64,000 bases of DNA from Thermoplasmatales archaeon SW_10_69_26 (GTDB lineage Archaea > Thermoplasmatota > SW-10-69-26): the NCBI GenBank assembly GCA_003009755.1, contig PXUB01000017.1, positions 19,149 through 83,148 of the forward strand, in the 5' to 3' direction. How positions within the stretch are numbered: position 1 is the stretch's first letter; the number at the start of each line of letters is the position of its first letter. This document shows positions 56,144-64,000 of the stretch, one piece after another. The notes under the pieces are model-generated. The model did not search any database, had not been told where the DNA came from, and saw nothing but the letters and a program-made list of their open reading frames with translations. The translations under genes were made by a program, and so were the position numbers.

Positions 56144-59100
56144 ATGCGGCGAGGCCTCCTCGCGCTGCTGGCCGTCTGCCTAGTCACGTCCATGGTCCCC
56201 CTGCAGGTCGCCGCCAGTTCCACGACGACCGAGGAGGACCCGACCTTCGAGGGCTCGGCGGCCGCCGGTTGGATGACCGGCGCCCGCTGGGACGAGGTCG
56301 GCCTGTTCACCGAGATCCCCAACCAGGTCGTCTACCCGACGGACAGCTACGTGATCCTCGAGACCCTCGAGGACCGCGGCGCCAGCGACCGCGTCGACGA
56401 GGAGCATCCCGCCTGGTCGGTCCGCCGGCTGCAGAACGCCAACGGCGGCTTCCTCCGGTTCCAGGGCGACAGCCTGGGCCCCTGGACCGATGCCACGGCC
56501 TACGCGCTCGTGTTCGCCCAACAGACCTCTGCCGACGTCTACGAGGACCGGGCCATCGAGTTCCTGGACGCCCGCCAGAACGACGACGGCCAAAAAGACG
56601 ACGGCGGGTTCGCGCCGCGTGTCGGTGCCACCGGAAGTAACCTGCCATCCTTCATGGGGGCAACCTACGACGCCGTCGTGGGCCTCCAGGCCGCCGACGC
56701 GCTCAACGAGACGACCCGGAGCGAGGTGCTGTCCTTCCTCGAGGACCACCAGAACGACGACGGCGGTTGGCCGACCAGCATGTACAACCCCGACCGGTCC
56801 ACGATGACCGGCACCTGGTTCGCCGTCCGCACGCTGCTCACCCTCGACGCGCTCGACGACGAGACCCGGCGCGCGGCCGTCGACTTCGTCCTCTCGCTCG
56901 AGGCCGCCACCGGCGGCTTCGCCGCGAGCAACGGCCCGATCAAGTGCGGCACCGTGCACTGCGCCGACATCGGGGAAGAGGTCACCACCTACAGCACCTC
57001 CCGCGCCGTCCAACTGCTCGACACCCTCGACGCCCTCGACCAGGCCAGCGTCTCCCTGGTCGACCACGCCGACTGGCTGGCCAACCGCCAGGTCACCGAC
57101 GGCTACTACGAGGGCGCCTTCCGCTCCTACAAGGAGTCCCCGCTGCCGGCGCAGGCCCCCGACACGCCCGAGACCCCCGGCCAACCGAGCCCCTTCGAGC
57201 CCTTCCAACCGCCCGTCACCCACTACTCGCTGACGACGAGCCTCGCGCTGGGTGCTCTCGACAGCCTCGAGGCGCTCGACCGCGCCGACCAGCAAGCCGC
57301 CGTCGACTACCTCGTGTCCGTCCAACACCCCGGCACGGGCGGCTTCGGCTGGTGGCCCGGCTACGTCGGCTCGCTGTCCGACACCGGGTACGCCACGCGC
57401 GGCCTCGACGCCCTCGACCGGCTGGACCTGGCCGCCGGTGACGGCATGGCCGACACCCTCGGTGACCTCCAGCGCCCCGGTGGCGGCATCACCGAGCTCG
57501 ACTGGGATTACAGCCCGCGCATGGACCACACCGCCCACGCGCTGCTGGCCCTCACCCGCGTGGATCAGGCCGAGGCCATCGACGAGGACGCGGCCGCCTC
57601 CTACATCGGGGACCACCAGACCGACGAGGGCGGGTTCCGCCACACCGAGAGCAGCTACACCGATCCCTCGATCCGCGCCACCGACCTCGCCATCCGCGCC
57701 CTCGACGCCGTGGACGAGCTCGACCGCATCAACCGATCGGCCGCCGTCGACTGGTTGGCCGACCACCAGGGCGAGGGCGGGGAGATCAGCTCGAAGTCCG
57801 CCGAGGACGCCACCGCCGTCAAGCACACCTCGGTCGCCCTGCGCGCCCTGTCCGTGCTCGAGGCGCTCGACGCCGTCGACACGGACGCCGCCGGCCAGTT
57901 CCTCGCCAGCTGGCAGGCCGAGGATGGCACCTACCTGAACACCTACGTGGCCGGCCTCGCCGTGAACGGCCTCGCCACCGTCGGCGACCTGACCGCGATC
58001 GACACCGACGGCGTCCAGCAACAGATCGCCGACGCCCAGGTCCCCCGCGGGACGACGATCCCCGAGGCCTTCTACACCGACGACGACCACGTCTTCCGCC
58101 AGCACGCCGTCGTCGTCGAGGCCGCCGACCACCTGGGCATCCTCTCCGGGCCCACCGGTCCCTGCGTCGACCACCCCCAGCCCGGCGACGTCCCCGCCTC
58201 GCTGTACCTCGACGCGGACGTCGACACCCTGACCCTCACGCGCGGCGAAAGCGCCTCGATCCCCCTCGATCTCGCGCAAGCCGCCTACCGGTACGACGCC
58301 GCCACGGTCTCGCCCACCGACACGCCCCACGGCGTCGACGTGCAGGAGATCACGCGCGAGCTCGCACCCCTCGAGCTCCCCAACCCGAGCCTCGCCGTCG
58401 CGGCCAACTGGACGGCGACCACGGGCGCGACCACGCTCACGCTGTGCGCCCAGGACGAGGGCGGCGGCCACGGCAAGGCCCAGCTCGGGCTCACCGTCGA
58501 GACCCCGCCGGAGGAAAAGCTGGCCCTCTCGGCCCCCGACGCGGTCGATATCAGGCCCGGCCAGACGGACACGGCGGCCCTCACGGTGACGAACACCGGC
58601 GACGACATCGCCGACCTCCGCCTGGAGGCCGAGGACACCTCCGAGGTGACCGTCGAGCCCGCCAGCGACCAGCTCCGGCTGGCGCCCGGCCAGTCCGAGA
58701 CCGTGACGACCGAGATCGCGGTCCCGGCCACGTGCGAGGTCCCCGACACCGTCGACGTCGGCCTGCGCGCCTGGGGGCCCGGCGGCGGCGAAGCCACCCA
58801 CACCCTCACGGTGAACGTCACCGAGCGCCCCGCCGACCAGTTGTCTCTGGCGACCCCCGAACGTCCCGAGGTCCCGCTGGGCGCCTCGACGCCGATCGAC
58901 GTCTCCGTCACCAACGACGCCTCGACCTACGCTTGCGTGGACGCCGCGGTCACCGACGTCCCCGACCCGCTCGAGGCCAGCATCCAGCCCGCCCAGACCC
59001 TGATCGAGGGCGGGCAAACCGAGGACCTGGCGCTCGTCGTCACCACCCCCGACAGCCTCGAGGACGCCAAGCACGAGCTCGCCATCCAGGTCGCCGGCCA

Positions 59101-60091
59101 GACCGACACCGGGGACGTGATCGAGCGCTCGCTGAACGTGACGATCTCCGACTACCCGGCGCCGTCGCTGACCGTCGGGGACCCGGTCGAGACGAACACC
59201 GGCACGGCGACCACCACCGCCATCGTCGGCGAACCGCTGCGCCTGTCCACCCGAGCCGCCGACGCCGACGGCAACGTCACCGACGTCCGGATCCACCCTC
59301 GAGGCGTCGACGAGCCGGCGATCGACGCCCGCCCGATCGACGACCGCTACCTCGCCGAGATCACCTACGACGAGCCGGGCATCCGCGAGGTTGTCTACGT
59401 CGCCGAGGACGACGAGGGCCAACGCACGATCGCCACCCAGACCGTCACCGTCGTGGCCAACCAGCCGCCCACCATCGGGTTCGCCGACCGCCTCGTGAAC
59501 GCCACCTCCCAACACGGGGCGCTGCTCGAGCTCTCGGCCCAGGCCCAGGACCCCGAGGACCGCCCGATCGAGGACGCAGCCTACGGCTGGACGGCGCCGG
59601 GCTCGTTCGCCACCGCCACCCAGATCGGGCCCGAGGCCTTCGCCCAGCTGCCCGTCGGCGAGCACGCCGTCGATCTGACCGTCGACGACGCCCAGGGCGC
59701 CACCAGCACCGCGCAAGCCACCGTCGCCGTCGACGACGCCCTCCAGCTCGAGGCCCACCTCACGGGCAACGACACGAAGGGCGTCCACGAGCGACCGACG
59801 CTCTCCGTGCTCGCCCAGCGCGACAACGGCGCACCGATCCCCTCGCCGGTCTGGATCAACGTCACGCACGCCGACACCGGCGCGCCCGTCTCCAGCGTCC
59901 AGGCCGACGTCGCCGGCCCCATCGGCCACGTCCAGCTGCCCTACGACGTCGACGGCGGCGTCGGCGGGTTCAACCTCGCCGGCGAGCACGTCGTCACGCT
60001 GGCGACGCAGGCCGACTCGCGGCCCGCGGCCCCGCTTGGGGACCTCGAGACCGCCACCGCCAGCCTCACCTACACGATCGGGACGCGGTGA
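56144..60091 (+). CDS. Large secreted protein with prenyltransferase/squalene-cyclase-like repeats and C-terminal Ig-like/PKD-like domains
   Basis: Signal peptide; many Q-x-x-x-G-G-[FWI] repeats (QNANGGF, QNDDGGW, QHPGTGGF, QTDEGGF); then beta-rich Ig units and LTVDDAQGA. Confidence 0.85.
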   Translation: MRRGLLALLAVCLVTSMVPLQVAASSTTTEEDPTFEGSAAAGWMTGARWDEVGLFTEIPNQVVYPTDSYVILETLEDRGASDRVDEEHPAWSVRRLQNANGGFLRFQGDSLGPWTDATAYALVFAQQTSADVYEDRAIEFLDARQNDDGQKDDGGFAPRVGATGSNLPSFMGATYDAVVGLQAADALNETTRSEVLSFLEDHQNDDGGWPTSMYNPDRSTMTGTWFAVRTLLTLDALDDETRRAAVDFVLSLEAATGGFAASNGPIKCGTVHCADIGEEVTTYSTSRAVQLLDTLDALDQASVSLVDHADWLANRQVTDGYYEGAFRSYKESPLPAQAPDTPETPGQPSPFEPFQPPVTHYSLTTSLALGALDSLEALDRADQQAAVDYLVSVQHPGTGGFGWWPGYVGSLSDTGYATRGLDALDRLDLAAGDGMADTLGDLQRPGGGITELDWDYSPRMDHTAHALLALTRVDQAEAIDEDAAASYIGDHQTDEGGFRHTESSYTDPSIRATDLAIRALDAVDELDRINRSAAVDWLADHQGEGGEISSKSAEDATAVKHTSVALRALSVLEALDAVDTDAAGQFLASWQAEDGTYLNTYVAGLAVNGLATVGDLTAIDTDGVQQQIADAQVPRGTTIPEAFYTDDDHVFRQHAVVVEAADHLGILSGPTGPCVDHPQPGDVPASLYLDADVDTLTLTRGESASIPLDLAQAAYRYDAATVSPTDTPHGVDVQEITRELAPLELPNPSLAVAANWTATTGATTLTLCAQDEGGGHGKAQLGLTVETPPEEKLALSAPDAVDIRPGQTDTAALTVTNTGDDIADLRLEAEDTSEVTVEPASDQLRLAPGQSETVTTEIAVPATCEVPDTVDVGLRAWGPGGGEATHTLTVNVTERPADQLSLATPERPEVPLGASTPIDVSVTNDASTYACVDAAVTDVPDPLEASIQPAQTLIEGGQTEDLALVVTTPDSLEDAKHELAIQVAGQTDTGDVIERSLNVTISDYPAPSLTVGDPVETNTGTATTTAIVGEPLRLSTRAADADGNVTDVRIHPRGVDEPAIDARPIDDRYLAEITYDEPGIREVVYVAEDDEGQRTIATQTVTVVANQPPTIGFADRLVNATSQHGALLELSAQAQDPEDRPIEDAAYGWTAPGSFATATQIGPEAFAQLPVGEHAVDLTVDDAQGATSTAQATVAVDDALQLEAHLTGNDTKGVHERPTLSVLAQRDNGAPIPSPVWINVTHADTGAPVSSVQADVAGPIGHVQLPYDVDGGVGGFNLAGEHVVTLATQADSRPAAPLGDLETATASLTYTIGTR

Positions 60092-60094
60092 GGC

Positions 60095-60505
60095 TCACGC
60101 CACGCGGGCCTGCCAGCTCACGTCGGGCGAGCTGCGGATCGTGTCCAGCACGCTGCAGTACTTCTCGACGCTGAGCTCGCAGGCCTGCTCCAGGGCCTCG
60201 TCGTCCACGTCGCCCTCGACCGTGTAGGTGAGGTCGATCTCCGTGAACCGGCGCGGGTTCTCCCCTCGCCGCTCGGCCGTGATCTCCACGCGCAGATCCT
60301 CGAAGTCGGCCTGCTTCTTCTCGAGGATGTTCACCACGTCGATCAGCGAGCACGCCCCTGCCGAGGCCAGAAGCATCTCGACCGGCGTCGCGCCCTCGCC
60401 GCCCGGGTCCGGGCTGGAGTCCATCTCGACGGTGTGCCCGCTGGGCGTCTGGGTCCGCATGACGTGCTCTTCGACGTGCTCGGTCGCGATCTCGTAGGTG
60501 GCCAT
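60095..60505 (-). CDS. OsmC/YhfA family protein
   Basis: TPVEMLLASAGACS, LSVEKYCSV. Confidence 0.92.
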   Translation of the reverse strand: MATYEIATEHVEEHVMRTQTPSGHTVEMDSSPDPGGEGATPVEMLLASAGACSLIDVVNILEKKQADFEDLRVEITAERRGENPRRFTEIDLTYTVEGDVDDEALEQACELSVEKYCSVLDTIRSSPDVSWQARVA

Positions 60506-60639
60506 CAACGAGGGACAGGGGGCCGCGGGCAAGTAGTTGAGGGGGACAGGGCAGACGAGGGGGAGCCCGCAGAGCCCTCACACCGGCACGAAGCCACGGA
60601 GAACCGCTGAGGAGTGACAGAGGAGCCAAAAAAGGGGGT

Positions 60640-61233
60640 CTAGGGGAACTCCAGCTCGTCCCACGCGTCCAGGAAGCCCTGCACGAGCTCGTCCGGCGGC
60701 TCGAAGCGGATCAACAGCTCGGCCACGCGCTCGGGGTCCCTCACCCGGTAGATGCGCGAGCGGCCCTGCTTGTCGGCCTCGACGAGGCCGACCTCCTGCA
60801 TCTGCGAGGTGTGGTAGGACATCGTGGACGCCGCCACGCCGACCGCCTCGGCCAGCTCGCCGGCCTGGGCCTGGCCCTCGTCCAGAAGGACCAACGTCGT
60901 GTGGAGGGGCACCTCTTTCCGGAGCAGGGAGACGATCTCCTTCTCCTCCGGCGAGAGCACCTCCTTGGGTCCCAGCTCGGACTCCTCGCGGGGGAAGAAC
61001 CGCCAGTAGCCCTCCTCCTTCTCGCTCGCGACCAACCCGTGGCGCTCGAGCACCTCCAGGTGGTACTTGGCGTGGTTGGTCTCCATGTCCACACGGCGTG
61101 CGATCTCGCTCAGGTGCAGGCCCGGGTACGCCTCGACGCACTCGTAGATCTCCCGCCGCGTCTCGAGGTCCAGGGGCTCCTTCTCCCGGCGAGCGAGGAA
61201 GACAATGCCGGTCGCCCACGCGGGCGACGTCAA
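60640..61233 (-). CDS. Double winged-helix (ArsR-like) transcriptional regulator; start uncertain
   Basis: LETRREIYE.V..YPGLHLSEIAR..YHL.VLE, second HTH ASTMSYH. Confidence 0.85.
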   Translation of the reverse strand: MTSPAWATGIVFLARREKEPLDLETRREIYECVEAYPGLHLSEIARRVDMETNHAKYHLEVLERHGLVASEKEEGYWRFFPREESELGPKEVLSPEEKEIVSLLRKEVPLHTTLVLLDEGQAQAGELAEAVGVAASTMSYHTSQMQEVGLVEADKQGRSRIYRVRDPERVAELLIRFEPPDELVQGFLDAWDELEFP

Positions 61234-61262
61234 CAGATCCCGTTCGCGCAGACGATCGCCTC

Positions 61263-61523
61263 CTAAGACAGCACGGCGCCGTAGAACACGCCCAAGATCC
61301 CCAGATCGATCACGAGGCTCGGCGTCAGCAACGCCGTCCAGTCGCCGGCCCAGAACAGGCCGACCGACAGCATCACACCCTTGACCAGGAACAGGCCGAA
61401 CCCGAGGGCCAGCAGGCCGACCTTGCGCGACCGGCGATGCAACCAGGCCCGGACGGCGATCACGGTGAGGCCGAGGGCGACGACCGTCAAGCCGGCGGTC
61501 GCGAGGTTCTCCAGCCAAGCCAT
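61263..61523 (-). CDS. Small three-TM membrane protein upstream of the wHTH regulator
   Basis: AVRAW....SRK..LLALGF.LF.VK pattern; three hydrophobic helices. Confidence 0.75.
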   Translation of the reverse strand: MAWLENLATAGLTVVALGLTVIAVRAWLHRRSRKVGLLALGFGLFLVKGVMLSVGLFWAGDWTALLTPSLVIDLGILGVFYGAVLS

Positions 61524-61813
61524 GGGTGCTCGGAACATACGGCCCCCTCGTCTTGTAGCCCCCGGACCGACGAGGAGGGGTGAGCGGGGGCCGCCGGGCG
61601 AGGGCAGGGCGGGGACCGGGTCACGTGCCCGGCGGCCGAGGGGAGGCGGGACCGGTCCCGGTCGGGACGCGATGGGGCGTGGGCGTGGGACCGGACCCAG
61701 CTACACGGTGCACGAGGGACCTTAACGGGGCTTTGGCACGCGTCTCGAAACGTCCGCCACCTCGCGGGTGGTTCGCGCCCAAGCTTAAGGACCCGCTCGC
61801 TGCTCGTCCAGCC

Positions 61814-62845
61814 ATGCGCTGGGCGGGAACGCGCATCCTCACGCCCGAGGGCCTCACCCCTGGGTCGGTGCTCGTCGGTCCCGAGGGCCGGGTCCATCGC
61901 GTGAGGGAAGGCCAGCCCGAGGAGGACCCCGATCTCCCCGGCGTGGTGGCGCCGGCGCCCACGAACGCCCACACCCACCTAGCCGACCGGCGGGCCCGAG
62001 AGAAGATCGACGCCGAGGGCCTCAGCGTCGAGGAGGCCGTGGCCCCGCCCGACGGCCTCAAGCACCGGCTGCTCCGCAGCACGCCGACCCGTCAGCTCGT
62101 CGAGGGCATGCGCGAGGCGCTCGAGGAGGCCCACCGGGCCGGCGTCCGGCGCGTGCTCGACTTCCGCGAGGGCGGCCCCCGCGGGGCCCGGGCGCTGCGC
62201 GAAGCCGCCGAACCGCTGCCGGTCGAGGTCACCGTGCTCGGCCGACCCAGCCGCGCCGAGGTCTGGGACGAGGAGAAGGACCTGCTCGTCGACCTCGTCG
62301 ACGGGATCGGCGTCAGCGGGCTCGAGGATCAACCGCTGGAGCTGTCGCGGGCCCAGGCTCGATGGGCCGACGACCACGGCAAGCGGCTGGCGTTGCACCT
62401 TAGCGAGGCCCGCCAGGAGGACGTGGACGCCGCGCTCTCGCTCGATCCCGATCTGATCGTGCACGCCACCGAGTGCACGGAGGACGAGCTCGCCCGGATC
62501 GCCGACGCCGGCGTCCCCGTGGCCGCCTGCCCCCGCTGCAACGCCCTCTTCGACCGCCGGCCGCCGCTGACCGCGATGGTCGAGGCCGGGATCGACGTCG
62601 GCTTGGGGAGCGACAACGCGATGTTCCACGAGCCCGATCCCTTCGACGAAGCTGCGTTCGTCGCCCGCGAGTGGCCCGAGATCGACGCCGAGGAGATCCT
62701 CGCGATGGCCTGCTCGTTCGCGCTCGAGGCCGACCCCTCGCCGACCGTCGAGGAGGGCGGCGAGATCGTGGTGGTCGACGACCGGAACGGGCTTCGCGAG
62801 GGCATCGAGGACCGACGGATCCAAGCCAGGGAGGATCGACGATGA
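61814..62845 (+). CDS. Amidohydrolase-family (nucleoside deaminase-like) protein
   Basis: NAHTHLAD, PPDGLKH, DFREGG, HLSE, VHAT, CPRCN, LGSDN. Confidence 0.9.
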   Translation: MRWAGTRILTPEGLTPGSVLVGPEGRVHRVREGQPEEDPDLPGVVAPAPTNAHTHLADRRAREKIDAEGLSVEEAVAPPDGLKHRLLRSTPTRQLVEGMREALEEAHRAGVRRVLDFREGGPRGARALREAAEPLPVEVTVLGRPSRAEVWDEEKDLLVDLVDGIGVSGLEDQPLELSRAQARWADDHGKRLALHLSEARQEDVDAALSLDPDLIVHATECTEDELARIADAGVPVAACPRCNALFDRRPPLTAMVEAGIDVGLGSDNAMFHEPDPFDEAAFVAREWPEIDAEEILAMACSFALEADPSPTVEEGGEIVVVDDRNGLREGIEDRRIQAREDRR

Positions 62846-63327
62846 ACGACATCGACACCGACCTCAGCCAGCGACAGTTCGACCGTGTCCTGATCCCGAC
62901 CGACGGGAGCCACACCAGCCAGGTCGCGCTCGAGACCGGCATCGAGATGGCCCGCCTCATGGATTCAGAGGTCACCGGCCTCTACGTGATGGACAACAGC
63001 GCGTACGCGGCCTTCCCCGGCGAGCTGGAGTGGGATGCGATCAAGGACATGCTCGCCCAGGAGTCCGAGGCGGCGCTCGACGAGGTCGAGACAGCCTGCG
63101 AGGACCACGGGCTCGCGTGCAGCGTGCTCGTCCGCGAGGGCCACCCGGCCGACGAGATCCTCTCCACCGCCGAGGACCACGACCTGATCGTCATGGGCAC
63201 GCACGGCCGCTCCGGGCTCGAGCACCTGCTGCTCGGCTCGGTCACCGAGAAGGTGATCCGCCACGCCGAATCCCCCGTGCTCGTCGTCCGCTCCGACGAG
63301 GACGAACAAGGCGAGGACGAGGGCTGA
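62842..63327 (+). CDS. Universal stress protein
   Basis: VLIPTDGS, GHPADEI, DLIVMGTHGRSG..LLGSVTEKV. Confidence 0.95.
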   Translation: MNDIDTDLSQRQFDRVLIPTDGSHTSQVALETGIEMARLMDSEVTGLYVMDNSAYAAFPGELEWDAIKDMLAQESEAALDEVETACEDHGLACSVLVREGHPADEILSTAEDHDLIVMGTHGRSGLEHLLLGSVTEKVIRHAESPVLVVRSDEDEQGEDEG

Positions 63328-63659
63328 GCCCGGTCTGCCACCTCGTCGCCGCTGGCGCTGTCGCGGTCGACAAAAAGCCCCGGCAGGCGTGGAGGCCGAC
63401 GGCCGCGGAAGGGGAAAGTGGCACGGACGGGGTGGCCGTTCCGTCGTCGTAGAGAAAGGGGAACGGCGGACGAGGACGGGGAAGAGGGAGTGGAGGATCC
63501 CTGCGAGGTCGAGGTGTTGCCGAGGTGCCGAACCCGCACACGCCCGGCCTCGTCCGCTTCACCCACGAGGTCCTCCCGCATACGTAAGAACCGTGTCGTG
63601 AAGGTCGCTTCACGTCCTCGAACATCCCTTCGTCATCGCCCGCCCCGCGCGACTGCGCC

Positions 63660-63720
63660 GTCGCCCGTCGAGAGATCGTTCTGCGTGGAGGTCTACAGCG
63701 TCCGTGGTCGGCGATGGGGG
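63660..63720 (-). repeat. Family A element, degenerate 3'-half copy in tandem with 63787-63902
   Basis: Minus strand CCCCATCG..GGACGCTGT..CTCCACGCAG..ATCTCTCGACGGGCGAC resembles the family A 3' half. Confidence 0.5.
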
Positions 63721-63786
63721 GACGCGGCCTCGTTCTCCCTACTCAGGCCTTGGTTGTCCGCGCTGGGGTCGATTGAGCCCTTCGTC

Positions 63787-63902
63787 GTTGCCCGTCAGGC
63801 AGAGTTAGCCCTGCGCGAAGATCCAACAGCGGCCAAGATCAGGGTCGCTGGGGCCTGCGTCGCTCCCGAGGGGGGTTTCTTTGTTGCCGAGGATTTTTCT
63901 TT
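63787..63902 (-). repeat. Family A element, 5'-truncated copy
   Basis: GTTGCCCGTCAGGC..TAGCC.TGCGCGAAGATCC.ACAGCG.CCAAGATCAGGGTCG.TGGGGCCT shared with 46785-46900. Confidence 0.85.
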
Positions 63903-64000
63903 GGGCGATTGAGGAGTGTCATTACCGCCCGAACCGTTCGCCACAGCCGGCCTAACCCCTGACACCGCTACCCCCGCTCATGGGAAACCCACCCGGCCTG

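Noticed and set aside
56180-59989. Very long antisense and alternative-frame ORFs (also 38405-40675, 48835-50979, 18654-21053, 1531-2289)
   Set aside because: Shadow ORFs typical of high-GC coding DNA; they overlap genes with clear motifs and have V/G/L or R/P-biased composition.

Overview
High-GC chromosomal window of a halophilic archaeon. Archaeal markers are a Kae1-Bud32 fusion, an HTH-ThiN (ThiR-like) regulator, an AbrB-PhoU regulator and archaetidylinositol-type lipid genes; the proteins are strongly acidic. A DUF6015-like protein and xGC[IL]-type lipoboxes suggest Thermoplasmatota (inference). The left edge holds a lower-GC Type IIG (Eco57I-like) restriction-modification gene that is missing from the ORF track because it runs off the window. 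The rest is housekeeping and accessory genes: a lipid cluster (fatty-acid-desaturase-like gene, flippase-like protein, CDP-alcohol phosphatidyltransferase, ino1, geranylgeranyl-reductase family), many secreted or lipoprotein genes (four share a P[GA]P[GL]-type C-terminal anchor), a complete pstSCAB-phoU locus with an arsenate reductase, a bacterial-type sbcD-sbcC operon ending in a membrane-anchored Holliday-junction-resolvase-like nuclease, otsAB, kae1/bud32, rdgB and a 1315-aa secreted prenyltransferase-repeat protein. The least explained signal is non-coding: two families of dispersed structured intergenic elements (family A, 5 copies with compensatory base changes; family B, 2 copies of a nonamer-unit palindrome) and two hairpin-filled inserts bracketed by direct repeats, one of which duplicates a gene's 3' end with only silent changes. 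No rRNA, intact tRNA, CRISPR array or transposase was found. All calls come from reading motifs by eye; no database searches were run.
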